Source: Candidatus Aenigmatarchaeota archaeon
Lineage (GTDB): Archaea > Aenigmatarchaeota > Aenigmatarchaeia > CG10238-14 > SCSR01
Length of the DNA: 64,000 nt
Assembly: GCA_038998625.1 (NCBI GenBank)
Contig: JAWADS010000001.1
Span: forward strand, 1-64,000
Direction of reading: 5' to 3'
The position numbers and the translations under genes were made by a program. Below the pieces are notes generated by a model. That model searched no databases and was not told the DNA's origin. It saw nothing but the letters and a program-made list of their open reading frames with translations. The number at the start of each line of letters is the position of its first letter. The first letter of the stretch is position 1. This document shows, piece by piece, positions 47,539 to 57,100 of the stretch.

Positions 47539-48612
47539 TTAGTCTAGGAAATCTTCTTCTTCAATCTTTTTTGGTAGGTATTTTTCTGTCATATATTTCA
47601 ATCCTTTACCAGAGAGGGATTCCAATTCTGCTTTTATTTTTCTCTGAATCAAAAGTTTTAACTCTTTTTGCCATTCTGGACTTTTAAACCATTCATAATT
47701 TAGCATCTCTTGCGCCCTTTTAATATCAACTTCTTCAGCTTTAATGGTCCACTCCTTTAAGTCGAATTTATCTATATCTGAAATTGTTAATCCTAGGAAT
47801 TTTGCCTTGGGCGTTCCCAATTTTTCTGAAATATGGCTAAGGGATATGGAGCCGTGCTTAACAACAGAATAGATATACCATCCCCAACTATCGGCATCAG
47901 TAAATACATAAACAGGGAGGTTAAATTCTTGAGATAATCTTTGAATTAATCTTCTTGCTCCTCTTGATGCCTGACCTTGCAGTCCAAGCAAAATGCATTT
48001 ATGTTTTCTCCAAAATTTATCTTCATTTAATCTTTCCCAAGCCGCTACTTTTTCCACAACCAACAAATAATCTGCATTCATTTTTTTGAATTTTATGTCT
48101 TCTACATTCGAGGGAATGCTCCATCCTCCAGAGCCTAATTTAGACCAATCAATTATGTCACCCATATCTTCAATAACAACATTACCCACAACTCTTCCTC
48201 TAACATCAGCATTAAGATGTAATTGTTCCCTTAGAATGTCTAAGGAAACTTCCAAATCTACAACAATGGGATCACTTTCATTTTGTTCATTAAAGGTATT
48301 TTCATTGGAGTTGGGTAGTGTTTTCTTTAATGCATAGAACATGTCCCTTAGGCTTGTGTGTAAGTTTTGTTCTATAAGTTCTTTTGTAAAGGCGGCTACC
48401 AATAAAGTTTGCATAAATTTTTTGGCATGCGCTATGTTGAAGAAATATCTTTTTGCAGTTTTATTTCCTAAAGTTAACATCCCAGTTTTTGCATCGTATA
48501 TTATATTAGATAAAGTCCTTAGGGGTATGTCTAAATTTGGATTATCTCCTTTTTCTATATCTTGTAAAATTTTTTCTCCTAATTTTCTAAGTTTTTCCTT
48601 CGCCTCCTTCAG
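47539..48612 (-). CDS. top6A: DNA topoisomerase VI subunit A; probable CTG start at 48612
   Basis: SLRDMFY catalytic Tyr, VVEK, FTDAD TOPRIM, KAELES. The frame is open 44 codons upstream of the ATG at 48480. Confidence 0.93.
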   Translation of the reverse strand: MKEAKEKLRKLGEKILQDIEKGDNPNLDIPLRTLSNIIYDAKTGMLTLGNKTAKRYFFNIAHAKKFMQTLLVAAFTKELIEQNLHTSLRDMFYALKKTLPNSNENTFNEQNESDPIVVDLEVSLDILREQLHLNADVRGRVVGNVVIEDMGDIIDWSKLGSGGWSIPSNVEDIKFKKMNADYLLVVEKVAAWERLNEDKFWRKHKCILLGLQGQASRGARRLIQRLSQEFNLPVYVFTDADSWGWYIYSVVKHGSISLSHISEKLGTPKAKFLGLTISDIDKFDLKEWTIKAEEVDIKRAQEMLNYEWFKSPEWQKELKLLIQRKIKAELESLSGKGLKYMTEKYLPKKIEEEDFLD

Positions 48613-50158
48613 ATTCTCCCACCTCAGTTTTCTTTTTGATATATTCTTCTAACTTTTTCTTTATTAACTCTTTATCCCCCTTCGTTAGTTTTGATAAACT
48701 TTCCGCAACTTCTGGTATGTATCGAGCGAATAGTTCTCGTCTTAATTGTCTTTCCCTTAACTTAACTTTATGCCTTATATATGTGGCCAATTTTCGTCCC
48801 GCTTCTTGCAACGCTAGTTTCATTTCTTTTAAAATTTCAGGATAGCTTGCGATGGCTTGTTTTCCTTCTGATGTATAAGGTACCCAAACAGATGCAAAGT
48901 GGATTAAAATAACAAGCGGACCAATAGGTAATTGTCCAGAGGGCTGGCTAAAACCATAACGCCTCCAATCCACTTCAGTTACAGCTTCTGTAGCTACACA
49001 ATCTTTAGCATGATAAAGAAGAGGAACTTTATTAGCATATCTTATTATTTTTACCGGTTCTTCTGGAGATAAGTTGCCTCCATACGCTAAACCAACTTCC
49101 ACAATGAATGGAAATCCGCTGTAAACGCTGGGAGGTCTGCTAACCGCAACAAAATGCTCAGCCTCAACCTCTTTTTTTAGTCCTTCGATTATCAAATCTT
49201 CGCCTAAAGGTGATAATACATCGGTGGGCGGAGCAACTAATTTTACCATTTGCATTGCTTTATGCAACCTTTCTAATTCGTCTAAACTTAATTCTTGTGG
49301 TTTTCTGCTATATGGAACCCTTGCTAATTTACAAATTTGTTGTGCAGATTTTTTTCCAACTCTTGAAAAATCTTTTGTTAAAAAGCTAATCAAATTTCTT
49401 GCTTTAGTAGAGTATGCCATTCTTCGTAAAACTCCCAATTGAACTCCATAAGGATGTGGTTTAATTTCTTTTGGTCTAGTTGGAATTTCATTGGTAACTC
49501 TCTCAAATGTTATTTTTCCAGTAGGTCCATGATAAATGATTCTTGCATAGGGATTAGCTATTGCAGTTTGTTTTAAATATTCTAGAATAGATTGCTTTCC
49601 TTCTACATATCTTCCTTCCACTTCTAATTCTATCTTTATTCCGTGCCATTTTTCCGGATTCCTTTCAATTTTATGTGCTAGAATGTGAGGAGAGTTTTTT
49701 GTTACATCAATCATTAAATCAAAGATATGAATATCTTTCCCTGTAGACGAAATAATTTTAACAGGCTTTCCAGTTGTTAGTTGCGAATATAAGACTGCTC
49801 CAGATATTCCAATTCCTTGGGTCCCTCTACTTTGTCTCAATTTATGAAATTTCGTTCCATATAACAATTTTCCAAAAGCCAAAGGAATTTTTTCCGGCAC
49901 TATCCCTGGGCCATTATCTTCCACAACTACTTTAAATCTATCTATACCAGTTTCTTTTATACTTACTTTAATTTCAGGCAACATGTTTACTTCATTGGCC
50001 GCGTCTAAAGAATTATCCACCGCCTCCTTTACTACAGTAATTAAAGCCTTAGTGGGATTTTCATATCCTAAAAGATGTCTATTCTTTTCAAAAAATTCTG
50101 CCACGCTAATTTCTCTAAATTCTTCTGCTAATTGTTCTGCTGTTACTTTTTCATCCAT
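48587..50158 (-). CDS. top6B: DNA topoisomerase VI subunit B
   Basis: ISVAEFFEKN, KEAVDNSLDA, EDNGPG, QSRGTQGIG GHKL motifs, WVPYTSEGK. Confidence 0.97.
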   Translation of the reverse strand: MDEKVTAEQLAEEFREISVAEFFEKNRHLLGYENPTKALITVVKEAVDNSLDAANEVNMLPEIKVSIKETGIDRFKVVVEDNGPGIVPEKIPLAFGKLLYGTKFHKLRQSRGTQGIGISGAVLYSQLTTGKPVKIISSTGKDIHIFDLMIDVTKNSPHILAHKIERNPEKWHGIKIELEVEGRYVEGKQSILEYLKQTAIANPYARIIYHGPTGKITFERVTNEIPTRPKEIKPHPYGVQLGVLRRMAYSTKARNLISFLTKDFSRVGKKSAQQICKLARVPYSRKPQELSLDELERLHKAMQMVKLVAPPTDVLSPLGEDLIIEGLKKEVEAEHFVAVSRPPSVYSGFPFIVEVGLAYGGNLSPEEPVKIIRYANKVPLLYHAKDCVATEAVTEVDWRRYGFSQPSGQLPIGPLVILIHFASVWVPYTSEGKQAIASYPEILKEMKLALQEAGRKLATYIRHKVKLRERQLRRELFARYIPEVAESLSKLTKGDKELIKKKLEEYIKKKTEVGESEGGEGKT

Positions 50159-50665
50159 TTAACTCCCCCTTTGTCTTTCCAAAAAATTATAAACAGTTCC
50201 GTGCTTCTTGCCTTCTAAAAGCATTTCTACAGCTTTCTTTGCTTTTTCTAAATCATTCCATTTTCCAATAATACTTATTGTTTTTCCATAAATTACTATC
50301 TTTACATTACAAATCCTTTCTATCATTTTTTTAATCTTCCCTTCCCTTCCTATAACTCTACCCTTCAAAACAATTTGCCTTTTCCTTGATTTACCCGCAT
50401 ATTCCTTTACTTCTATTGTTTCAAAGAAATAATCTTCATCTAGAAGGGTTAAAGCATCTTCAAAACTGAAACCTCTTCCAAAAGCCTTTAATACATTTTT
50501 AACTCTTAAAAGCATTAATGGATCTTCGCATTTTATACCAATTTCTTCGTTTAAATTTAATTCTGCATTACAAAATTTTTTCAATCTTTCTACCCAACTT
50601 TTATTTTTCTTCAGAAGTTTAATCCTTTCTTCCGGTATTGCTAAATATTCTATCATTTCAACCAT
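50159..50665 (-). CDS. KH-domain rRNA-processing protein Dim2/Pno1
   Basis: AFGRGF, KGRVIGREGK, MLLEGKKHGTVY. Confidence 0.9.
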   Translation of the reverse strand: MVEMIEYLAIPEERIKLLKKNKSWVERLKKFCNAELNLNEEIGIKCEDPLMLLRVKNVLKAFGRGFSFEDALTLLDEDYFFETIEVKEYAGKSRKRQIVLKGRVIGREGKIKKMIERICNVKIVIYGKTISIIGKWNDLEKAKKAVEMLLEGKKHGTVYNFLERQRGS

Positions 50666-51402
50666 TTTTTAAACCAGAGGGCTGATATTTCAAAAGCATA
50701 ATTTTTATGTTCAGGATTGGAAAGGCTGTGATCTGCATCACTAATAACTTCTAATTTTTTTGGTTTATTGGCTTCTTGGTGGGCTTTTTCTGATTGTTTA
50801 GGATTAACTATCGCATCTTTAGAACTCACTATGAATAAAATCGGACAATTTATTTTTTTTATAGCGCTAATTACATCAATATTAATTATTTCCTCAAAAA
50901 ATTTTTCACTAATTGGAATTCTTCTGTTGTCTTTAGTTAAATAATTCACATAACCTTTCCTTTCCATTTCTCTTAGTTTTTCATGGTCAAAAAATTTTAA
51001 AAAAACTTCTTTCGGAAAAATTAAAGGATTGATTACTGTAATACAATTAATTTTTTCATTAAAACTTAAAATGGCTATTGTTCCCCCTAAGCTGATTCCA
51101 AACAATCCTATTTTTTCATAACCTTCAGTTTTAACTACTTCTATTGCTCTTTTCATATCTTCAACTTCTTGTGATATAGTAATATCTAAACTGCTGCCTT
51201 CGCTTTCACCATGGCCAACAAAATCAAACCTAAAAGTTGCAATATCATGAAAAGAAAAAATCTCAGCACCTTTTTTAAAATAATCTTTGTTTCCCAAAAA
51301 TCCATGGGCAAATATTACACATGATTTATTTTTATTAGCTCTGTTTAAAATTCCAACTCTTTTGTTTTTACCTGAGTAAAAAATGATTTTTTCTTCAGGC
51401 AT
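50653..51402 (-). CDS. Alpha/beta hydrolase
   Basis: HGF, FDFVGHGES, GISLGG nucleophile, D..V and ADH triad residues. Confidence 0.88.
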   Translation of the reverse strand: MPEEKIIFYSGKNKRVGILNRANKNKSCVIFAHGFLGNKDYFKKGAEIFSFHDIATFRFDFVGHGESEGSSLDITISQEVEDMKRAIEVVKTEGYEKIGLFGISLGGTIAILSFNEKINCITVINPLIFPKEVFLKFFDHEKLREMERKGYVNYLTKDNRRIPISEKFFEEIINIDVISAIKKINCPILFIVSSKDAIVNPKQSEKAHQEANKPKKLEVISDADHSLSNPEHKNYAFEISALWFKKWLK

Positions 51403-51444
51403 TTTTCACCTCTAATTTTATTTCTAATTTTATTTTTTAGAAAT

Positions 51445-51768
51445 TTATTCAATGGAGATACTTTTTATGTAATTTTTTCTTTTTAACCAATTTGCTTGGG
51501 TAGGAGTATATTTAAAAATCACATCCCCCCTTTCCTTACTTTGAACCTTCCATGGCTCTACTAAAACTAAATCCCCAACTTTAATCCAAATTTTTTTCCT
51601 CAATTTTCCAGGAATTCTTACAATTCTAGTATTACCATCATCACAAATTACTTTCAATTTGTCCCCTCCTAGCATTTGCTCTACTACCCCCAAAACTTCA
51701 TTTTGTTTGGGAATTCTAATTCTGGCTATTTCCAATTCTTCTTGGGTCAATTCTTGCTTTTTCGCCAT
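51445..51768 (-). CDS. eif1a: Translation initiation factor aIF-1A
   Basis: GVVEQMLG, RIPGKLRKKIWIKVGDLVLV.PW. Confidence 0.96.
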   Translation of the reverse strand: MAKKQELTQEELEIARIRIPKQNEVLGVVEQMLGGDKLKVICDDGNTRIVRIPGKLRKKIWIKVGDLVLVEPWKVQSKERGDVIFKYTPTQANWLKRKNYIKSISIE

Positions 51769-51844
51769 CCCATCACTTTATTTAGTATTTTACACCATTA
51801 ATTAAATTTTAAATACATATCTTTCTGTTTTTAATGAAGATAAT

Positions 51845-52531
51845 ATGCGTTATGTAGCTTTAGTCCCAGCTTTTAATGAAGAAGAGAATATAGAGAAAGT
51901 GATTAAACTTCTAAAAAATTTGTTCTATATGGATGTTGTTGTAGTGGATGATGGCTCTAAGGATAGAACAGCCGAAATAGCAAGGAAAAGTGGTGCAATT
52001 GTTTTAAAACATAAAATAAATAAAGGTAAGGGCGAAGCCTTGAGGACTGGTTTAAATTATATTTTAAAGAAACATAATGCCAATTATGTTGTTTTAATTG
52101 ATGCTGATATGCAATATCATCCTAAAGAATCTGTAAAGTTGTTGAAATTATTGGAAAAAAACGATGCAGACATTGTTATGGGATATCGAAATTGGAAGAG
52201 CATACCTTACTTTAGACATAGGCTGGGCAATTTCTTCTGGCGATCACTTTTTAATTTATTATTTGGGACAAAGTTTAAAGATACAAATTGCGGCTTTATG
52301 GCTATGAATAGGATAGCTATAAAAAAGATTAAAAACAATATTCATGGGGGCTATATCATAGAAAATTCTATTTTAGCATCTGCTCTAAAAAATAAATTAA
52401 AAGTAATGCAAGTTCCAGTAAGTGTGAAGTATAAAAAGAAAAGTGGTATAAGAAGAGGAATTAGGATATTTCTAGGGGTTTCAACTTTTATATTGTGGGA
52501 AGGTTTAAAATATAGATTAGGCATTAATTGA
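51845..52531 (+). CDS. GT2 glycosyltransferase (Dol-P-Man synthase-like)
   Basis: PAFNEE, VDDGSKD, NKGKG, DADMQY, DTNCGF. Confidence 0.9.
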   Translation: MRYVALVPAFNEEENIEKVIKLLKNLFYMDVVVVDDGSKDRTAEIARKSGAIVLKHKINKGKGEALRTGLNYILKKHNANYVVLIDADMQYHPKESVKLLKLLEKNDADIVMGYRNWKSIPYFRHRLGNFFWRSLFNLLFGTKFKDTNCGFMAMNRIAIKKIKNNIHGGYIIENSILASALKNKLKVMQVPVSVKYKKKSGIRRGIRIFLGVSTFILWEGLKYRLGIN

Positions 52532-52598
52532 ACAAAAACTAATTTTTTAAATGGATTGATTAATTTAATAAATTTCAAAGTAGATTTAGAATAATTTA

Positions 52599-52702
52599 GG
52601 GACGGTAGCTCAACCCGGGAGAGCAACTAAAGCTCTAAACCGCCTGAAGAGCGGTGCGTTGTGGGTTCAAAAGGCTCTTGCCTGAAATTCCCACCCGTCC
52701 CA
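52599..52702 (+). tRNA. tRNA-Phe(GAA) with two non-canonical introns (26/27 at 52626-52638; 59/60 at 52672-52688)
   Basis: Acceptor GGGACGG/CCGTCCC, anticodon stem ACCGC/GCGGT with CT-GAA-GA. Both inserts form bulge-helix-bulge motifs (AGAG/CTCT; TTCA/TGAA). Confidence 0.93.
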
Positions 52703-52721
52703 TATAATTAGAGAGATAAAC

Positions 52722-53288
52722 ATGGTAGAAAAAGTTTGGGAAGGAGAATTAATTGAAAATAGAGTAATAATTTGGGATAGTCAAGCTGTTAATCTTTATG
52801 ATGATTCTGGTTATGGTAAGCCCTTACCAGAGGACAAACCTGATAGAGTCGAATTAGATTTGGTGGAAGCCGCTTACTTATTAGAAAAAGGTAAGTTAAA
52901 AGTTTTTTTAAAGGAGGATAAGAAGAAAAGATATCTTAACTTTAATGAATTAATGGAAATAGGAGCAAAAAATATAAATCAGTTTCACCCTCAATTTATA
53001 GTTTTTCGCGACTTAAGAGAAAGAGGATATCTTGTTAAAACTGGTTATAAATTCGGTGCGCATTTTCGTGTTTATGATAGAGGAGTTAAATTGAAAAGAG
53101 GTCCAAAAGCTCCTCATGAACATACTAAATGGGTAGTGCATGCAGTACCAGAAGAGGCTGCCTTTTCATTACCTGAAATGTCTAGAGCAGTTAGATTAGC
53201 ACACAATATAAGAGCGACATTTTTATGGGCAGTTGTGGATAAAGAGTCAGATGTCACTTATTATCAAATAACTCGTGTCACACCTTAA
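52722..53288 (+). CDS. endA: tRNA-splicing endonuclease, catalytic single-unit subunit
   Basis: LVEAAYL, VFRDLRERGY.VKTGYKFGAHFRVY, catalytic Y and H, VRLAH. Confidence 0.95.
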   Translation: MVEKVWEGELIENRVIIWDSQAVNLYDDSGYGKPLPEDKPDRVELDLVEAAYLLEKGKLKVFLKEDKKKRYLNFNELMEIGAKNINQFHPQFIVFRDLRERGYLVKTGYKFGAHFRVYDRGVKLKRGPKAPHEHTKWVVHAVPEEAAFSLPEMSRAVRLAHNIRATFLWAVVDKESDVTYYQITRVTP

Positions 53289-53344
53289 TCTCAATAGCCA
53301 TTGATTAAGCATATAATTTAATTTTAAGGAAAGATGGTGATGAA

Positions 53345-53545
53345 ATGGGAAGAATAAAAACTTCTTTTATTAAAAATTTGGGGGAAGAACTATACCAAAA
53401 GTATTCTGATAAGTTTTCTGAAGATTTTGAAAAAAATAAGGTAATTCTCAAAGAACTTATTGACATGAAATCAAAGAAATTGAGGAATATTTTAGCTGGT
53501 TATATAACTAATCTTAAGAAAAGAGAAAAATTACAACCATCCTAA
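53345..53545 (+). CDS. rps17e: 30S ribosomal protein S17e (eS17)
   Basis: MGRIKT..IK, DFEKNK, SKKLRN.LAGYIT. Confidence 0.96.
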   Translation: MGRIKTSFIKNLGEELYQKYSDKFSEDFEKNKVILKELIDMKSKKLRNILAGYITNLKKREKLQPS

Positions 53546-53586
53546 AGGTTTAATGTTTTAAAACATAAGTAAATTTTAAGAGGAAG

Positions 53587-54714
53587 ATGCTAAAAAAAGC
53601 TCAAGCAAGAATAGATGAATTTGCTTTTGTTCTTCTTGCAGGTGTTATATTAATTGTTATTTTAATGGTTGCTTGGACGACTCCAACTTCTGCTATTCCT
53701 TTAGTCGAGCCCAATTCCATCTCTTTAACTATAGGCTTAGGTACAACTAAAAGTGCTGTGTTAAATATAACTGGAATGCCTTCTACAAATGTTACATTAT
53801 CAGCTTTTGGTAACATTGCGAAATTCACAAGATTCAGTAAAAATAATTTTGATGTCTTTGGCTCCGAGTTAGTTACGGTAATTTTCTCTATACCACCCAA
53901 TGTTGCTACAGGCCTTTATACAGGAAAGATAATCGTGAATTCTTCAGCTGGCTCAGCAAATATTCCTGTAGAAATAAATGTAGTTAATATAACAGCTCAA
54001 CCCCTTTCAGTAAAGGCTATTCCTCTAGGGGATTTCTCTATAGTTGGGCCTAGCAAAACATTAGATTACAAAGAGAATCTCTATGTGGAGAGAAGCTATT
54101 TCTCAGAGCGCATATCGATAATTTCTGGTGGCTTCTTAGCTGAAGAAGAGCTTGCGGCTTTAACAGGCGCAACTCTACAACTTTTCATATCTGAAACTAA
54201 TGGATTAAGTAATTTAATTGTGGAAGTAAATGGAAAGGAAGTTTTCAAAGCAAAAGTTGACATGGGCTTAATAAACATACCCATAGATCCAAGTATTATT
54301 GGTGAGAAAAATGTCATTAAAATAAGGGCAGATCTTCCAGGATGGCTATTTTGGACTTCTGCATATTACAGAATTGAGTCAGCTAAATTCTATGTAACTT
54401 TAAAAGGAATATTTTCCAAAGAATTTATTTTTTCCCTTTCTCCAATGGAGGCGACAAATTTTGATAGATTGCAAATCCAATTTATAGTTTTGAAATATTC
54501 TTCCCCTCTACCAGAATTATTTATAGAGGTGAACAATCAGCCTATATATGCTCAATCACCACCTTTGGCTTTATTTAATGCAACCTTCACAAAAGATTTA
54601 TATGGCAATGGCTTGATGATGTTGCCTGGCAATAACACATTAAGATTTTTCTTCAGAAGGCCAGGAATTTATGATGTTGGCAATGCTTTGCTATTGTTCT
54701 TTTATAGAGGATAA
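53587..54714 (+). CDS. Pilin-like exported beta-rich protein
   Basis: LKKA|QARIDEFAFVLL class III-like N-terminus; Ig-like strands; many N-x-S/T sequons. Confidence 0.65.
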   Translation: MLKKAQARIDEFAFVLLAGVILIVILMVAWTTPTSAIPLVEPNSISLTIGLGTTKSAVLNITGMPSTNVTLSAFGNIAKFTRFSKNNFDVFGSELVTVIFSIPPNVATGLYTGKIIVNSSAGSANIPVEINVVNITAQPLSVKAIPLGDFSIVGPSKTLDYKENLYVERSYFSERISIISGGFLAEEELAALTGATLQLFISETNGLSNLIVEVNGKEVFKAKVDMGLINIPIDPSIIGEKNVIKIRADLPGWLFWTSAYYRIESAKFYVTLKGIFSKEFIFSLSPMEATNFDRLQIQFIVLKYSSPLPELFIEVNNQPIYAQSPPLALFNATFTKDLYGNGLMMLPGNNTLRFFFRRPGIYDVGNALLLFFYRG

Positions 54715-54719
54715 GCAAA

Positions 54720-54802
54720 TGGGCCTGTCCGGAATCGAACCGGAGTTTCGACCGTGTGAGGGTTTAACGCTTCGTCGCGTCCTACCACTAGACTACAGGC
54801 CC
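54720..54802 (-). tRNA. tRNA-Val(CAC) with 12-nt intron at about 28/29 (54764-54775)
   Basis: Acceptor GGGCCTG/CAGGCCC, anticodon stem CGACC/GGTCG after intron removal, loop CT-CAC-AC, T arm TCCGG-TTCGATT-CCGGA; BHB helix GACG/CGTT. Confidence 0.92.
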
Positions 54803-55141
54803 TTAACTAATTATTGAGCCTTGGAAATCATATTTTTTAGTGAAAATTTGATTGAATTCTTCCCCAAGTTTTTGATCTAAATTTTCTAAAATTTTTTGGA
54901 TCATTTCAAAGAAATCATATCTACAAAGGAACAAGTCCTCTGATTTCACTTTCGCTTTGATTATTCCAAATATTTCGATTTGATTTTTCTTCTTAAGCCA
55001 AGTAGCTAAGGAGGAAAAGAATTTTTGTACTTCTTCTTTTTTAATAATTCGATTAATGGGCCAACCACAAATAGCACAATATTTACCATAATAAGAATCA
55101 GATTCATCTTCAGAATCTCTGCATTCCAAACAAACTTCCAA
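54803..55141 (-). CDS. Hypothetical Zn-finger-like protein; start uncertain
   Basis: CLEC and CAIC motifs; the frame extends upstream to include CDVC. Confidence 0.6.
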   Translation of the reverse strand: MEVCLECRDSEDESDSYYGKYCAICGWPINRIIKKEEVQKFFSSLATWLKKKNQIEIFGIIKAKVKSEDLFLCRYDFFEMIQKILENLDQKLGEEFNQIFTKKYDFQGSIIS

Positions 55142-55402
55142 ACCATTAAAATTTTTAGAATCCTCTACAACATCTCCACATACGTCACAAATTTCTAATG
55201 TAGAAGTATTGTTTTCTTTGAAAATATTTTCAGAGTATTTCCATATGACATCAAGGATTTGGGGTTAGTTTTCCCCTCCAGATGCCGATAAATTTGTGTA
55301 AGAGAAATTAATGTTCTTGAACTTATCGCACCTGGAGGTTCTCATGATAATAATTTTAAAACTGTTAATTTTTAAAAGCTTTTCTATACTTCTTTATCTA
55401 AT

Positions 55403-56686
55403 TTAAAAATCTTTAAGAGATTTCTGAGTTCGTAATTTTTTTTCTTTCAGTATGATATTTTCATTAAAAACTGGCTTACCATACAACCCATCTGATCCAG
55501 CGATGTATTTAACTTTCCCTTCTCTAACTTTTATAATTGCGTCTGCAATTTTTTCATTCGTAACTTTTAACAATTCTTCCTTAGCAACATTTAATAAAAC
55601 ATTGAATTCATTACCAAATTTTTCAATGATTTTATTATACTCATGTAAAACTTTTTTTGAATAAAATTCTTCACCCAAGATAAAGGAAATTATTTCATAT
55701 AAAGGCAACAATGTTTTGTAAGGAATGGCATCTTTAGGTATAAAACCTTCTGGCCTATCTGCTAATTCTTCAACCCTTTGCAATACTCCTACAGTAAGTT
55801 TTCTCTTACATTTTGGGCAAGTGTTATTAAACTTTTGTGCTTCTCTAGGATGTAAACTTATTCCGCAACTTCTATGGCCAGTGAAATGATATTTTCCATA
55901 ATTTGGGTCTGTTTCAATAGTATACAAAAATTTTTTTCTATCTTTATTTTTTATCGCATTATAAATTTCCTTGTAGCTTAATTCTTCTAGCTCTAAAACA
56001 TTCGCCTCCCTTCCCAATCGCCAAGGATTAGCTGAATGAGAATCAGAATTGGACATTAAAGTTACTTTATCTAAACTACTTAATCTCCAATTCATAGCTG
56101 GATCACTGGACAAACCAGTTTCTAATGCAAAAATATTTTTTATTTGATCTTGATAGCATTCTTCTAAAGAATCGAATCCTGATTTTGAGCCGAAAACAGA
56201 AAACCATGGAGTCCATGCATGGCTCGGCAAAATTATAATATCTCTAGAAATGCTCATTAAAATCTCCACTAACTCAGGAGAAGTTAATCCATTAAAGGTA
56301 GGTCTGCCATCTAACTCTAAATTGCTTTTTTTTGATAAAACGTCAATGATTTGCTCTGCCGTTTCGATATTTGGTACATAAAATAAATGATGAACTTTTC
56401 TGATTTTTTTATCTTGCTCATAAACAGTATTTACCTCACCAGTTATCATCCAAAAAATTTTGTATTTATAAATTCCGCTATCGCCTATAGGTTTCAATTT
56501 TTCTTTTAACTCCTTTAACCATTTTGGATGTGTGCAATCGCCACTACCCAATAAATTTAGACCTTTAACTATAGCGCCATTAGCTAGAGTATCTATGGAA
56601 ATATTTTTACTCGTGGCACGTGAATATTTTGAATGGATTTGTAGATCTGCAATTATTTTCATCACAACCAACTTTTGAATTTCCAA
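55403..56686 (-). CDS. endoQ: Endonuclease Q (PHP domain plus Zn finger)
   Basis: DLQIHSKYSRATS, GDCTHP, HAWTPW, ETGLSSD, NSDSHS, GKYH..GHR.C, CPKC. Confidence 0.92.
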   Translation of the reverse strand: MEIQKLVVMKIIADLQIHSKYSRATSKNISIDTLANGAIVKGLNLLGSGDCTHPKWLKELKEKLKPIGDSGIYKYKIFWMITGEVNTVYEQDKKIRKVHHLFYVPNIETAEQIIDVLSKKSNLELDGRPTFNGLTSPELVEILMSISRDIIILPSHAWTPWFSVFGSKSGFDSLEECYQDQIKNIFALETGLSSDPAMNWRLSSLDKVTLMSNSDSHSANPWRLGREANVLELEELSYKEIYNAIKNKDRKKFLYTIETDPNYGKYHFTGHRSCGISLHPREAQKFNNTCPKCKRKLTVGVLQRVEELADRPEGFIPKDAIPYKTLLPLYEIISFILGEEFYSKKVLHEYNKIIEKFGNEFNVLLNVAKEELLKVTNEKIADAIIKVREGKVKYIAGSDGLYGKPVFNENIILKEKKLRTQKSLKDF

Positions 56687-57084
56687 TGGGAGTGCATTTT
56701 TATTATCATCAAATCAGATAAAAAATCTAAAATAAGATGGGCCAGCATAGACAAAAGAAAAATTGCTATAAAAGTATTGATAAGATTTGCGATGGGCAAT
56801 GATATTAAAATTATCAGAATTGTTAAAAAATTGTGGAAAGGCAAAAAAGTTTTTCTATATCTATCTGCTTTCATAACTTCTTTTATGAATTTCCAAAAAC
56901 CGAGATTCTTATACAATTTTCTCATGGTGAAATGATCGATATCCGGGAATAGACATCCAGCAACAACAACTAAAATCAAAGTTTGAAAATCTATTTTTGG
57001 TAAATAGTAATGAATTAAGCGAATCATTAAAATTGGCAATACGATATGGGAAATATTGTGAAGCATTATTTTTATGTTTACCAT
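56662..57084 (-). CDS. Membrane metal-dependent hydrolase (YdjM-like)
   Basis: H..SH, PDIDH, PFH, AHLILD. Confidence 0.75.
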   Translation of the reverse strand: MVNIKIMLHNISHIVLPILMIRLIHYYLPKIDFQTLILVVVAGCLFPDIDHFTMRKLYKNLGFWKFIKEVMKADRYRKTFLPFHNFLTILIILISLPIANLINTFIAIFLLSMLAHLILDFLSDLMIIKMHSHWKFKSWL

Positions 57085-57100
57085 ATTTTTTCATTTCATT

